Shown piece after piece: positions 16,655 through 26,622 of a DNA stretch of 64,000 nucleotides (positions are counted from its first letter, which is position 1; each line of letters starts with the position of its first letter). This DNA is from a virus (taxonomy: Duplodnaviria; Caudoviricetes): the IMG/VR virus record IMGVR_UViG_3300032218_002424, positions 1 to 64,000 of that record; one strand, given 5' to 3'. The translations under genes and the position numbers were made by a program. The notes below the pieces were generated by a model. The model did no database searches. It saw nothing but the letters and a program-made list of their open reading frames with translations, and had not been told where the DNA came from.

Positions 16655-19600
16655 ATGGCAAGAACACAGATAGAAGATACATACTATACATTTACTCCAA
16701 GTACAAATACTATTGTAGTTCCTAGAGTAATTAAGCCTGAGCGTTTGATGCTTATCACTAACGTTACTCAAGGCATTGTAATTTATAACTTCTCTGATTC
16801 AAATTTGGGTGCAGTATCTTTTACACAAAATAATACTCTTCCAAACGACCCTTGGACAACAATTGTTCTTAAGTACAACTGTTCAACAATGCTTGCAACA
16901 GACAAGCTTGCTATTATTTATGATGAGTTATCTCAGCAAACAACCTTTGAAGCACCACTCCTAGATGCTGTTCAAAAGCTTCGTGTAGCACCACCACAGT
17001 CATTGATGGATACAGACTTTGAATATGGTGTACAGCCATCTAAATGGGAAGCTTTAGTTACATGCGATAATTATCCTACATTTTTCTCAAGAACAACAGG
17101 CGGAAACTCATATGACCTTATTTCAATTACTGGAGATGGAGCTTCTCCAAGATCAGTAATTACAGTTGTAACAGCTTCAGCACATGGACTTAGTACAGGA
17201 GATGTTGTTTCAGTTCAAGAAACAACAGGAAACGTTACAGATGGAACTTTCCCAATTCTGGTGGTAGACTCAACAACATTTACATACACAGCTCGTGGAG
17301 TTGCCACTGGTACCGTAAAAGACGGAAATATGACTGGCGTTTACGGCGGCGGAATTTATGATAATGCACATATTACTGGTGGATTAAATGGACTCTATAA
17401 CTCTTGGACAGCAATTTCTGATCAAGCTACTCCTTCAGTAATTACAGTTCAGACACCAAGACCTCATGGACTTCTTCCAGGTACTCCTATTCTTATTGGT
17501 GATCTTACATCTCCAATCGGTGGAAACCAATTTATTACAAACGTTTCTCAACCAAATCAATTTAAGTTTACAGTCGCATCTGGTCTTCAGGTAACAAACC
17601 CAATTAATACTTCAAATGTTGGTTTGTTTACTCGCCCAGAAGGTTACGTAGATCACCGTCCATTTGACGGCGGAGTTATTTTAACAACAGCAAATAACGT
17701 TTGCGGAGTTCAAACAGTTCGTCAAACACGTCGTTATTTCCGTTATCAATCAGGTAAGTCAATTCAGTTCTCAACTGGTGCAAAGCTTACTCCAACATAC
17801 GATATTGATTCAATTTATGCAGATTCAAATTCAGTTGGAGTTGTAAATGTTTATGTTACAACAAGACAAGATCATGGACTTCAGCCAGGAGCTGGAATTA
17901 GAGTTGAAAATGCAACTGTAACTGGTTCATATAATCCTTGGAATAATAACTTTGTAGTTGCAGAAACTACTGGAACAAATTCATTTAAATATCAAATGAC
18001 TTTGACATCAGTTATTCCTTCAACAGATCAATTCCCAGGCGGAACAGACCTTAAGATTACAGTTACAAAATGGAAGGGTGCAGCAACTCGTTGCGGACTC
18101 TTTGATGATCAAAACGGATTCTTTATTGAATACGATGGTGGGCAGTTCTACGTAGTTCGTAGATACACAAAGAAGGAACTATTTGGAAGACTTAATGTAA
18201 CACAGTATTCAAATTATGTTCAGGGAGTAAATACAAGATTTAGAAAGCAACTCGTTGTTGGAGATCAAATTACAATTAGAGGTGCTCATTATAAAATTAT
18301 TCAAATTAATAGCGAAACAGATATGTATATTGCTCCAGCATACAAGGCTCAATCTGTTTCTTCGGCAAGATATTTAAAGACAGAACAGATTAAGGTTCCA
18401 CAATCTCAATGGAATATTGATAAAATGGATGGAACAGGACCTTCAGGTTATGTAATTGATCCAGGTCGTATGCAGATGGTTTATATTGACTACACTTGGT
18501 ATGGTGCAGGATTTATTCGTTTTGGATTTAGAGCAGTAGATGGAAATATTTACTATTGCCACAAGATGCCTAATAACAATACTAATACAGAAGCTTATAT
18601 GCGTTCTGGTAACCTTCCAGCTCGTTATGAAGCTGTTAATGAGCCAACAAAGTTTGCTCGTTTAGTAGCAGGCGGAACAGCAATTAGTGGTGCAAATCTT
18701 AATCCAACAGAAATTGCAATGTATGTTGATAACGTAGACTTCTGGCCAACAGATGGATACCTTATGATTAAAGATGATCAAAACTGTGAAATCGTTTCGT
18801 ATTCATCAATTGGTGCATATAATGCAACAGCAGGTGGATATCTTGTAAATATTGCACGTCGTCAGCCAATGTCAATCAACTATTCAGGTTCAATGGTTAA
18901 CTTAACTGGAACATCTACATCAATAGTATTTTCTCCAGATGCAACAATTCCTTCAGGAGCTGGAACAGTACAAGTTTCAGTACAACCAATTTCACAACAA
19001 TGTGCACCAGTTATTTCACACTGGGGATCCTCGGTTATCATGGATGGAAGATTTGATGATGATAAATCATACATCTTCACTGCTGGTATGCAGAGATTCT
19101 TACAGATTTCAGGATCTGGTACATTTACTGCAAAGATTGCATCTCGTTCAGCAACAGGTGGTGTAGCAACTCTTACAACAACTACAACACATACAATCCA
19201 GCCAGGATATAACGTTTCTATATCTGGTGTTAATACAACTGCTACAATTACTGCAGCTTCAATTACTACACTAAATACAGCAAATATTACCACATCTGGT
19301 GCTCACAATATTTTGGCTGGACAAACAGTTGCAATCACTGGTGTAATTGCTTCAACTAATACAATATTTAATGGAACATATGTAGTTGCAACTGTTCCTT
19401 CTGCAAATACATTTACTTACACAAAAGTATGGCCTACAAACGTTAGCTATACCGCATTAAATGGAACAGTTACAGAATCTGCAACATTTAATGGAACATT
19501 CTCTGTAACAGCTGTAACATCAAATACAATTACATATAATATTGCAAATGCTAATACATTTGGAACACTGATTGTATCTGGTACAGCCACACAATCATTT

Positions 19601-20152
19601 GGTACATCTTCACAAGCAAGACCATTAGTATCAATTAGAATTGCTCCTTCTGTAGATAATGGTTTGGGAAGAAACTATGGAGTTCGTGAACTTATTAACC
19701 ATATGCAGCTAAACTTAAGCTCAATTGGTATTCTTTCATCTGGACAGTTCCTTATTCAAGGATTTTTAAATCCAGCAGCACTTTCTGGAGTTTCAATACC
19801 AAATGATTGGGAAACAACAAGAGTTGCTGGTGGCTCACTCGCACAGGTAATTTACCATGATAGTTCTGGAATTCCAGGTACAACAATTACCAACCCAACA
19901 AATACAATTACGGGAGGTGACCAGGTGTTTGCGTTCTATACTGAAAACTCTGGTGGTGATAACCTTTCTGTTACAAACTTTGATCTTTCAAAGGTAAGAG
20001 ATCTTGGAACATCTATTCTTTCTGGAAATGGTAATACATCTGCTCCAGGATTCCCAAATGGTCCAGACATTCTTACAATCGTAGCAACTAACCTTGGTGC
20101 TACAACTGGTAACATTACTTGCCGTCTATCTTGGACAGAAGCACAAGCTTAA
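16655..20152 (+). CDS. Large virion structural protein, 1165 aa, with five T..HG/HN(L/I)..G beta-barrel repeats
   Basis: YTF.P...E.L.LITNVT...IYNF start; SLMDTDFEYG.Q..KWE; QTRRYFRYQSGK; YTWYGAG; YMRSGNLPARYE. Confidence 0.75.
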   Translation: MARTQIEDTYYTFTPSTNTIVVPRVIKPERLMLITNVTQGIVIYNFSDSNLGAVSFTQNNTLPNDPWTTIVLKYNCSTMLATDKLAIIYDELSQQTTFEAPLLDAVQKLRVAPPQSLMDTDFEYGVQPSKWEALVTCDNYPTFFSRTTGGNSYDLISITGDGASPRSVITVVTASAHGLSTGDVVSVQETTGNVTDGTFPILVVDSTTFTYTARGVATGTVKDGNMTGVYGGGIYDNAHITGGLNGLYNSWTAISDQATPSVITVQTPRPHGLLPGTPILIGDLTSPIGGNQFITNVSQPNQFKFTVASGLQVTNPINTSNVGLFTRPEGYVDHRPFDGGVILTTANNVCGVQTVRQTRRYFRYQSGKSIQFSTGAKLTPTYDIDSIYADSNSVGVVNVYVTTRQDHGLQPGAGIRVENATVTGSYNPWNNNFVVAETTGTNSFKYQMTLTSVIPSTDQFPGGTDLKITVTKWKGAATRCGLFDDQNGFFIEYDGGQFYVVRRYTKKELFGRLNVTQYSNYVQGVNTRFRKQLVVGDQITIRGAHYKIIQINSETDMYIAPAYKAQSVSSARYLKTEQIKVPQSQWNIDKMDGTGPSGYVIDPGRMQMVYIDYTWYGAGFIRFGFRAVDGNIYYCHKMPNNNTNTEAYMRSGNLPARYEAVNEPTKFARLVAGGTAISGANLNPTEIAMYVDNVDFWPTDGYLMIKDDQNCEIVSYSSIGAYNATAGGYLVNIARRQPMSINYSGSMVNLTGTSTSIVFSPDATIPSGAGTVQVSVQPISQQCAPVISHWGSSVIMDGRFDDDKSYIFTAGMQRFLQISGSGTFTAKIASRSATGGVATLTTTTTHTIQPGYNVSISGVNTTATITAASITTLNTANITTSGAHNILAGQTVAITGVIASTNTIFNGTYVVATVPSANTFTYTKVWPTNVSYTALNGTVTESATFNGTFSVTAVTSNTITYNIANANTFGTLIVSGTATQSFGTSSQARPLVSIRIAPSVDNGLGRNYGVRELINHMQLNLSSIGILSSGQFLIQGFLNPAALSGVSIPNDWETTRVAGGSLAQVIYHDSSGIPGTTITNPTNTITGGDQVFAFYTENSGGDNLSVTNFDLSKVRDLGTSILSGNGNTSAPGFPNGPDILTIVATNLGATTGNITCRLSWTEAQA

Positions 20153-20164
20153 TAGGAGGAATAA

Positions 20165-20833
20165 ATGCCTGATTTTAGTACATTATCGAGCCAGGTAACA
20201 ACTTTTAAAACAAAAGTTGATGCATTGACTGCATCTGGCACATTAAGTGCTAATGATCTATTGCTATTAGCAGAAGCTCTTCAGGTTATTGGAACAGCTC
20301 TGGGTGTTCAAGACGTTATTGCTGCTACAGCAGATCAAATTACTAAAATTCAAGCTGCGGGAACATCAACAATTGCAACTGTTAATGGAACAGCAAATGG
20401 TACAGCGGTATCTAATTTACAATCATCATATAACACATTGCAAGCATCATATACAAACCTTTCTCCTCGTGTAACATCACTTGAAGCAACAAGCACATCA
20501 CAAGCTTCATCAATTGCAACCGCATCAGCATTGGCATCACTTGGAGGATGGAATGCATGGAAGATTGTTACTTCAAATACAACTTTAGTAGATAAAGACA
20601 GAGTGTTTGTAGTTCCAGCAGCAAACATGGTACTTACATTACCAATTACTCCATCAATTGGACAAGCAGTAAGAATTGTTGATACAGCAGGAACTGCAGG
20701 AACAACAAACTTTACAATTGCAAGAAATGGTCAGCCAATTATGGGTACAGCTCAAGATATGACTGTAAATACAAACTCTGCTAGACTACATCTTGTATAT
20801 TCAAGTTCTACTTATGGTTGGAGATTAGTATAA
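20165..20833 (+). CDS. Fibre adaptor: helical N-domain, coiled coil, C-terminal T4 gp9/10-like beta domain
   Basis: LTLP..P..G..V..VD..G.....TI.RNG..I.G...LVY...YGWRL; N-terminus paralogous to 26623..26955. Confidence 0.7.
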   Translation: MPDFSTLSSQVTTFKTKVDALTASGTLSANDLLLLAEALQVIGTALGVQDVIAATADQITKIQAAGTSTIATVNGTANGTAVSNLQSSYNTLQASYTNLSPRVTSLEATSTSQASSIATASALASLGGWNAWKIVTSNTTLVDKDRVFVVPAANMVLTLPITPSIGQAVRIVDTAGTAGTTNFTIARNGQPIMGTAQDMTVNTNSARLHLVYSSSTYGWRLV

Positions 20834-21225
20834 TGGCACTTTATAGCGATGTTGTTAACGCAACAATGAACTTTACAAATATTACTACAACTGGTGCTAC
20901 TCTTACCACATATTCAACTGGAAGAAGAGATTTAGGTACAGTTTCTGGAACAGTAAATTTAGATCTATCTCTTTCAAATGATTTTACAGCAACGGTAAAT
21001 GGAAATACAACATTTAATATTACCAACACTCCATCAACTGGAGTTGTTGGATTTTCTCTACAACTTAACGGTGGAGGAGCTTATACAATTACATTTACAA
21101 ATGCAAAGTATCCAGGAGCAACAGCTCCAGCTTTAACTTCAGGTGGAATTGATGTTATTACATTTATTACTTATGATAATGGAACATCTTGGAGAGGCAC
21201 AGTAGCAATGAAGGACTCAAAATAA
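20833..21225 (+). CDS. Fibre tip/adaptor protein
   Basis: DLS..N.F..T.NG.TTF..TN.P...P.LT..G.D...F.T.D.G..W.G; paralog of 28593..29030; start moved to the TAATG overlap. Confidence 0.7.
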   Translation: MALYSDVVNATMNFTNITTTGATLTTYSTGRRDLGTVSGTVNLDLSLSNDFTATVNGNTTFNITNTPSTGVVGFSLQLNGGGAYTITFTNAKYPGATAPALTSGGIDVITFITYDNGTSWRGTVAMKDSK

Positions 21226-21725
21226 TGTATGCACAAGTTATAGAAGAAGAAATTATTCAAGTTGTAGACGAGCAATCTTTAAGAGAGCTTTATCCTTCAA
21301 CACATTTTCCCTCACCAATCCTTCAAGCACATTTAGAAGATTTTGATAACTGGTATGTAACTCAAGACGATATTACTATTCCAGAATACAATAACTCAAC
21401 AAAAAAAATTGTATGGACATATGAATGGAATGCAGGAGCAGTTAAGGGATATTACAAAGTATTAAATTTAACTGCTGCAGAAAAAACAGCAGAAAAAGAA
21501 GCTAAATTAAGCACAGTAAAATATCACAGAGATAACACACTTGCTTCAACAGATTATTTAATGATGCCAGATGTATTTGCAAAATTTTCAGAGTCAGATC
21601 AATCAAAAATTATTGCATATCGTCAAGCATTAAGAGATATTACAACTCAAGAAGATCCATTTAATATTACATGGCCTTCATTAGGAATTGGATCTATTAC
21701 TTTAAAGTATAATGTGGAGGGGTAA
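21225..21725 (+). CDS. Tail-fibre assembly chaperone (Tfa-like C-terminus)
   Basis: RD..L..TDY...PD...YRQALRDIT.Q..P..I.WP. Confidence 0.8.
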   Translation: MYAQVIEEEIIQVVDEQSLRELYPSTHFPSPILQAHLEDFDNWYVTQDDITIPEYNNSTKKIVWTYEWNAGAVKGYYKVLNLTAAEKTAEKEAKLSTVKYHRDNTLASTDYLMMPDVFAKFSESDQSKIIAYRQALRDITTQEDPFNITWPSLGIGSITLKYNVEG

Positions 21726-22660
21726 TGCCTTTTCCACCAGCCAGATATCTATCATCACCAACAGCTAAATCTTTTCTTTTAAGACAAATTATTACAACTG
21801 GTTATGTTATTTGCGGATATAACTCTGGCAGCCCTTGGACAAATGTTAATCAGGTAACACATTCAACCGATACAACAATTGATATGGGTAACGTTATGGT
21901 AAACTCTACTGGTTATCCAGGTGGACTTTCTGACGACACTTTTGCGTATGCAGTAAAGTTAAACGGCGGTGTTGGAGGTTCTGGTACTGGTGTAGGGCAA
22001 TATAATATGCGTACTAACACCTGTGTTTCATTTACTGCTACACCAGTTACTGTAGGAAATACAGGAACATTTATGCATAAAGAACAAACCTATGCTTGGG
22101 CAACTCCATTTGGAGGTACAACAAGTACATTACTTAAATTTAATTTTGCAACAAAAACATGGTCTACAGCAACAGCAAGTTATGGAAGAACAGACGGTGC
22201 TGGAACTGGCGGTAGCACAATTTATGGAGAATTTACTGGATGGAATTGGGGAGATGGAAACTCATCTTCTTATAGTATGAAACTAGTATTTGCAACAGAA
22301 ACACAATCTAGTGGTGCATTTTTTGGAAACTATGGACAGCAAAAAGGAATTTCTTCAAAGGTAAACTTTGGTTATGCTGGAAATGAAGGCGATTACGCAG
22401 GTGGTAATAACTTTAGAAAATGGAATTTTACTACAGAATCAATTGTTTCTTATCCAGGAAAACCTATTGGTAACTCTGGTGAAGAAAATTTTGATATGGG
22501 TCAAGATCACCAATACATGTTGGGAATGTACAACGGCACTCAGAACAATCGTTCTTGGAGATTTAATTATGCAACAGATTCTGGATTTGAAGGATCTTCA
22601 ACAATGCAGTCTAAAGGTGTAAGTGGAAGAAGCTCTGCATATTCTGCACAGCGTTCTTAA
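21725..22660 (+). CDS. Six-bladed beta-propeller (Kelch-like) putative adhesin
   Basis: Six repeats ending QVTHSTDT, QYNMRTNT, KFNFATKT, KLVFATET, KWNFTTES and RFNYATDS, with aromatic/Gly starts. Confidence 0.65.
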   Translation: MPFPPARYLSSPTAKSFLLRQIITTGYVICGYNSGSPWTNVNQVTHSTDTTIDMGNVMVNSTGYPGGLSDDTFAYAVKLNGGVGGSGTGVGQYNMRTNTCVSFTATPVTVGNTGTFMHKEQTYAWATPFGGTTSTLLKFNFATKTWSTATASYGRTDGAGTGGSTIYGEFTGWNWGDGNSSSYSMKLVFATETQSSGAFFGNYGQQKGISSKVNFGYAGNEGDYAGGNNFRKWNFTTESIVSYPGKPIGNSGEENFDMGQDHQYMLGMYNGTQNNRSWRFNYATDSGFEGSSTMQSKGVSGRSSAYSAQRS

Positions 22661-22675
22661 TAGATAGGAAATAAA

Positions 22676-23407
22676 ATGCGTTATATTAACGATTTAACAT
22701 CGGATGTTCAGGCGTACTCAAAAGAACAAAAAGACATACTTTTGTATGCAGTCAATAGACAATGGGGAAGCCCAGTGTTTAAAATTGATAATTTTGTTGG
22801 TAATGCACAATATACACCATTTGGAAAACTAAGACAATTTTTATTAGAACTAGGATCAAGAGAAAATGCAATTATTGATCATGAGTTTAGTCTTGAAAAA
22901 ACTAAATTAGAAATAGAATTAGAGTTAGAAATGAAAGATCAAACAGAATCTCCAGTTCAAAAAAAGATTCATGACCTTAAAATAAAAGAATTACAAAGAA
23001 AACTTTCTGGTCAAAGGGTGACGGTATCTCTTGCTTATGAAGAAAGAGACAAGTATATGCTTTTAATTACAAAGTTTAATGAGTCTCCAGAAGGAAGACT
23101 TCCAGATGGAAGATTAATAATGGATATTATTGGAGACACAGAAGAAGAAGAAAGATTAGAGGCGGAATTGTGGGCAACAAGATTAGGTGCTCAAGCTGGA
23201 TATGATTTAATGTTTTATGGAAAAGTAAATAATGGAAACATGGAAGCAATAGATCAATTGCCAGAAAATATTAGAATGTTAGCAATAGAAAATGCAGTAT
23301 CAAAAGCTATTTCAAATTCAACAACAATTCAAGCAATTGAAGGAAAAGTAATAGAGCAATTAAGATTAAGTGCACCTCAAGAAGATAATTGGGTAGAAAT
23401 AGAGTGA
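22676..23407 (+). CDS. Hypothetical protein with central coiled coil (propeller-associated accessory protein 1)
   Basis: FV..AQ.TP...LRQ.LLEL..RE...E.W..RL..QA..D....G.V..GNM.AI; charged and helical. Confidence 0.75.
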   Translation: MRYINDLTSDVQAYSKEQKDILLYAVNRQWGSPVFKIDNFVGNAQYTPFGKLRQFLLELGSRENAIIDHEFSLEKTKLEIELELEMKDQTESPVQKKIHDLKIKELQRKLSGQRVTVSLAYEERDKYMLLITKFNESPEGRLPDGRLIMDIIGDTEEEERLEAELWATRLGAQAGYDLMFYGKVNNGNMEAIDQLPENIRMLAIENAVSKAISNSTTIQAIEGKVIEQLRLSAPQEDNWVEIE

Positions 23408-23955
23408 TATATTTTTTATATGATGTTGACGATAAACGTCCTTATATTAATGAAGTTGGAGACTGGAATGGAATTCTGGTTGGATCAATAGATGAGTCTT
23501 TAATGTTGTATATGAAGCTTCCAGAATGTTTAATTATTCCTGAAAAAGTTGCAATGGCATATAAATTTGCAAATAAATATAAAGGAACAATTAATGTAAG
23601 AGAAGGAATGCCTCAATACGAACAATTGGATAAGTTACTACTTACCCCATATAAAGACAAGTTTCAATATACTTTAACTGATGAAGATAAAACAAATGCC
23701 TGCTTGTTTCATAAAGCTGGAATGCATTTTCTTTTAAATAAATATTATTATAATAAAATATGTATATCTTTGTCTACTCCAAAAATATTTAAAGATGAAA
23801 ACTGGCAATCAGAATATGTTCTTATTGAAAAGAAAAAAATGATTATGAGCGAGATAGATGCTTGCCAAGATTGGCATGAAACTGGTATACTTTTACATAA
23901 ACGTTTTGGAGTTCATTATTCTCCAGATATGGAAACACAACCAGTAGATTTGTAG
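23404..23955 (+). CDS. Hypothetical protein (accessory protein 2)
   Basis: GTGA overlap with the upstream stop; 183 aa. Confidence 0.7.
   Translation: MIYFLYDVDDKRPYINEVGDWNGILVGSIDESLMLYMKLPECLIIPEKVAMAYKFANKYKGTINVREGMPQYEQLDKLLLTPYKDKFQYTLTDEDKTNACLFHKAGMHFLLNKYYYNKICISLSTPKIFKDENWQSEYVLIEKKKMIMSEIDACQDWHETGILLHKRFGVHYSPDMETQPVDL
23862..23891 (+). promoter_or_regulatory. Possible internal promoter TTGCCA-N18-TATACT with extended TG, ahead of the U32 gene
   Basis: Same motif as the intergenic promoters, but inside coding sequence. Confidence 0.4.
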
Positions 23956-23960
23956 GAAAA

Positions 23961-25604
23961 ATGTTTAGCGTACCGTTAAATCCAAAGCTCAATGAAAATC
24001 AATTAAATGAGTTTATTTCTTTTTTAAAAGAATATAAACCTTTTATATATGATTTTTATTTTACGTGCAGAGTTTCCCCTTTTGATCAAGATGCTATGGG
24101 CGATGTTTTTATTGGTGGGCAAGAAGATTATGATTATTTAATATCACTTGCTTTATTTATTCAAAATGAAACTGGAATAACAGCTTCAGCTGTATTTAAC
24201 AATATTGAAGTTAGACCAGATCAACAAAATTTAGATTTATTTATTAAAAACTTTAAAGAAGTATATGATGCTGGAATTAGGTCAGCTACAATTCCCCATA
24301 CTCATTGGATGGCTACTGGACAAATTAAAAAGGCTTTCCCAGAGCTATTTGTAAAAAATACTATTCTTCGAAATGTGTCAGAACCAAGAGATATAGAAAA
24401 ACTGGCACAGGCTGGTTTTGATTACATTAATCTGGATAGAGATCTTATGAGAGATCATGACAAGCTTAAAAGGTTTAAAAAAGCTAAGACTCAATTTAAA
24501 GTTAAGTTATCACTTTTAGCAAATGAATCATGTGCAGGCGGATGTATTATGATGGATGAACATTATCAGTTTAACAATACTCGAACAGATGGTCCTCAAT
24601 ATTTTAATGACCCAATAAGTCGAGTTTCTTGCCCTAAATGGAATCATGAAGATTTTTCAATTGCTTTAAAAACTGCTAATTTCCCACCTTGGCGTGAAGA
24701 TTGGCAAGAATTTTTAGACGACCTAGGTATTGATGTAATTAAAATGCATGGGCGGGAATCTCATATTAGACTTAAAGAAACTATGGATATTATTAAAAGA
24801 TATGCTAATAATGAAGAAATACTATTTGATAGCTTTAATGATTTTATTGAAGAAACTAATATGATTGATAAACCAATTACGGTGTGGCGTAATAAAATCA
24901 AAAACTGCAAATTTGATTGTTGGGATTGCGGATATTGCGACAAAATAATGGCAGTTAAATATGGAGATCATATTCATCCAAAGGTAAAACTTGTTGCAAA
25001 AGAATTAGTTGATTCTGTAAATGCTCCAATTAAAATTGATATACCAGGACTTACATCAACAAGAGTTCAATCTTTAATCAATGGTTTGGCTAAAGGATCT
25101 TCTAAGTATTTAGAAATTGGTTCTTATCAGGGTGCTACAGCTGTTAGTGCATTGATGGGTAACAATCTATCTGCTTATTTTGTTGACATGTGGCAGGAAG
25201 CCCCACAAGCCGTTAGAGAGGGGTGGGAGACACCAGTCACCAACACACTTGATGAATTTAAAAATAATATTAAGCCTTACATAGGCAGTAATAAAATATT
25301 TATATCTAACTCTGATATGTTTAAGGTTAATGTTTCTAAGATTTCAGATATTGATCTTTTCTTTTATGATGGACCTCATGATTTTGAGTCCACAAAAAAT
25401 GCAGTCAAATATTATTCCCCCTCATTCGCTAATCAGTCTATTTTAATATTTGATGATGCAAATTGGACGGAAGTAGTTCAAGGTGCTCATAAGGGAATAG
25501 TTGAATCTGGATTAACAATATTATATAGTAAGAAAATATTAAATAGTTTAGAGTCAGAAACCGATTGGTGGAATGGATTGTATATAGTAGTTGTGGAAAA
25601 ATAA
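23961..25604 (+). CDS. Fusion of a U32-family (TIM-barrel, Fe-S) enzyme and a class I SAM-dependent methyltransferase (Methyltransf_24-like)
   Basis: GFDYINLDRDLMRD, LLANESCAGGC...H...C, GIDVIKMHGRE, CxxxCxxCxxC; then YLEIGSYQG, VDMW, DLFFYDGPH, LIFDDANW. Confidence 0.8.
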   Translation: MFSVPLNPKLNENQLNEFISFLKEYKPFIYDFYFTCRVSPFDQDAMGDVFIGGQEDYDYLISLALFIQNETGITASAVFNNIEVRPDQQNLDLFIKNFKEVYDAGIRSATIPHTHWMATGQIKKAFPELFVKNTILRNVSEPRDIEKLAQAGFDYINLDRDLMRDHDKLKRFKKAKTQFKVKLSLLANESCAGGCIMMDEHYQFNNTRTDGPQYFNDPISRVSCPKWNHEDFSIALKTANFPPWREDWQEFLDDLGIDVIKMHGRESHIRLKETMDIIKRYANNEEILFDSFNDFIEETNMIDKPITVWRNKIKNCKFDCWDCGYCDKIMAVKYGDHIHPKVKLVAKELVDSVNAPIKIDIPGLTSTRVQSLINGLAKGSSKYLEIGSYQGATAVSALMGNNLSAYFVDMWQEAPQAVREGWETPVTNTLDEFKNNIKPYIGSNKIFISNSDMFKVNVSKISDIDLFFYDGPHDFESTKNAVKYYSPSFANQSILIFDDANWTEVVQGAHKGIVESGLTILYSKKILNSLESETDWWNGLYIVVVEK

Positions 25605-25605
25605 T

Positions 25606-26520
25606 ATGCCAAGTTTATCTATTTTATTTCAAGAATGGTATTACATTCTTATGTTGGGAACTGTTTTAGTTCTTTCATATAACGCCAAAAAGTATGATAT
25701 ATTTCAACCACTTTATTTAACAATTTCTAAAATATTTAAATCTAAAAGGGCAGTAATTGCAATTACATCAGCTATTTCTGGAGTACTTCCAATTAATGGT
25801 CGTGTAGTAATTTCAGCGGGAGTTTTAAATACTGTAGCTCCAGAAGATAAAGAAAAGCGTAAGAAGTATGCCGTTATTGACTATTTAGCAACACACCATT
25901 TTTATTTTTGGTCACCATTAGAGCAGACGGTAATTATTCCAATGGCTGCCCTACATATTAGTTATTGGACATTCTTAGGACGCACATGGGCTATTTTGAC
26001 TACAGCAATTACATGTGCACTTTGGTATATTTTTGGTGTTTTAAAAGAAGAAGATGTTGAAATTAACTTTAGAAAAGAACGCCAGAGACAGGATATGAAT
26101 CCAGCTAAGGCATTTAAAGATGGTTTAAAAACAATATTAGTTGTTACTGGATTGTTGATCGCTGGTAATTTTGTCGGATATCATCATGAGGCATTTCAGC
26201 ATATGTTTGATAATGCACAAAAAACAAGTCTTTTATTTGTAGTACTTTTGGCCTCATTTGCAATCAGCTGGTTGCTTGGAAGTAGCGAAAAATTTTCAGG
26301 TTTTATTGGAATTTCTTCAGCAGCATTTGGCCTTCAGTACCTCCCACTTCTTTTTGCAGTAAATTGGGCTGGATACTTTTTATCCCCAATGCATAAATGC
26401 ATGCTTTTAGGAAGACAAATTTTTGGGGCTTCATTTAAGGATTACTACAAGGTCTTGGTAGGAGTCGTATCAATGGTCATCTTGGTGGGGATAGTCCATA
26501 CATATACCACAGGGCTTTAG
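25606..26520 (+). CDS. Multi-pass membrane protein, DUF401/ion-transporter (IT) superfamily-like
   Basis: About 9-10 hydrophobic segments; GVLPINGRVVISA, THHFYFWSPLE and LSPMHKC motifs. Confidence 0.75.
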   Translation: MPSLSILFQEWYYILMLGTVLVLSYNAKKYDIFQPLYLTISKIFKSKRAVIAITSAISGVLPINGRVVISAGVLNTVAPEDKEKRKKYAVIDYLATHHFYFWSPLEQTVIIPMAALHISYWTFLGRTWAILTTAITCALWYIFGVLKEEDVEINFRKERQRQDMNPAKAFKDGLKTILVVTGLLIAGNFVGYHHEAFQHMFDNAQKTSLLFVVLLASFAISWLLGSSEKFSGFIGISSAAFGLQYLPLLFAVNWAGYFLSPMHKCMLLGRQIFGASFKDYYKVLVGVVSMVILVGIVHTYTTGL

Positions 26521-26542
26521 TAGGCTTCTTAAGACTTACTAA

Positions 26543-26604
26543 GGTATAATAAGAAGTATTGTAGGCTGGCGGAAACCTAAACAATAATCGAATTATGCTA
26601 TAAT
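26543..26604 (+). promoter_or_regulatory. Tandem -10 elements (GGTATAAT, TGCTATAAT) flanking a GGCGGA-loop hairpin
   Basis: TATTGT-AGG-CTGGCGGAAA-CCT-AA-ACAATA lies between the two boxes. Confidence 0.55.
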
Positions 26605-26622
26605 TTAGTACAGGAGAAATAT

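Noticed and set aside
23961-24950. U32 domain as a collagenase acting on the collagen-like fibres
   Set aside because: Characterised U32 members with Cys motifs are Fe-S hydroxylases, and fusion to a methyltransferase fits modification better than proteolysis; not formally excluded
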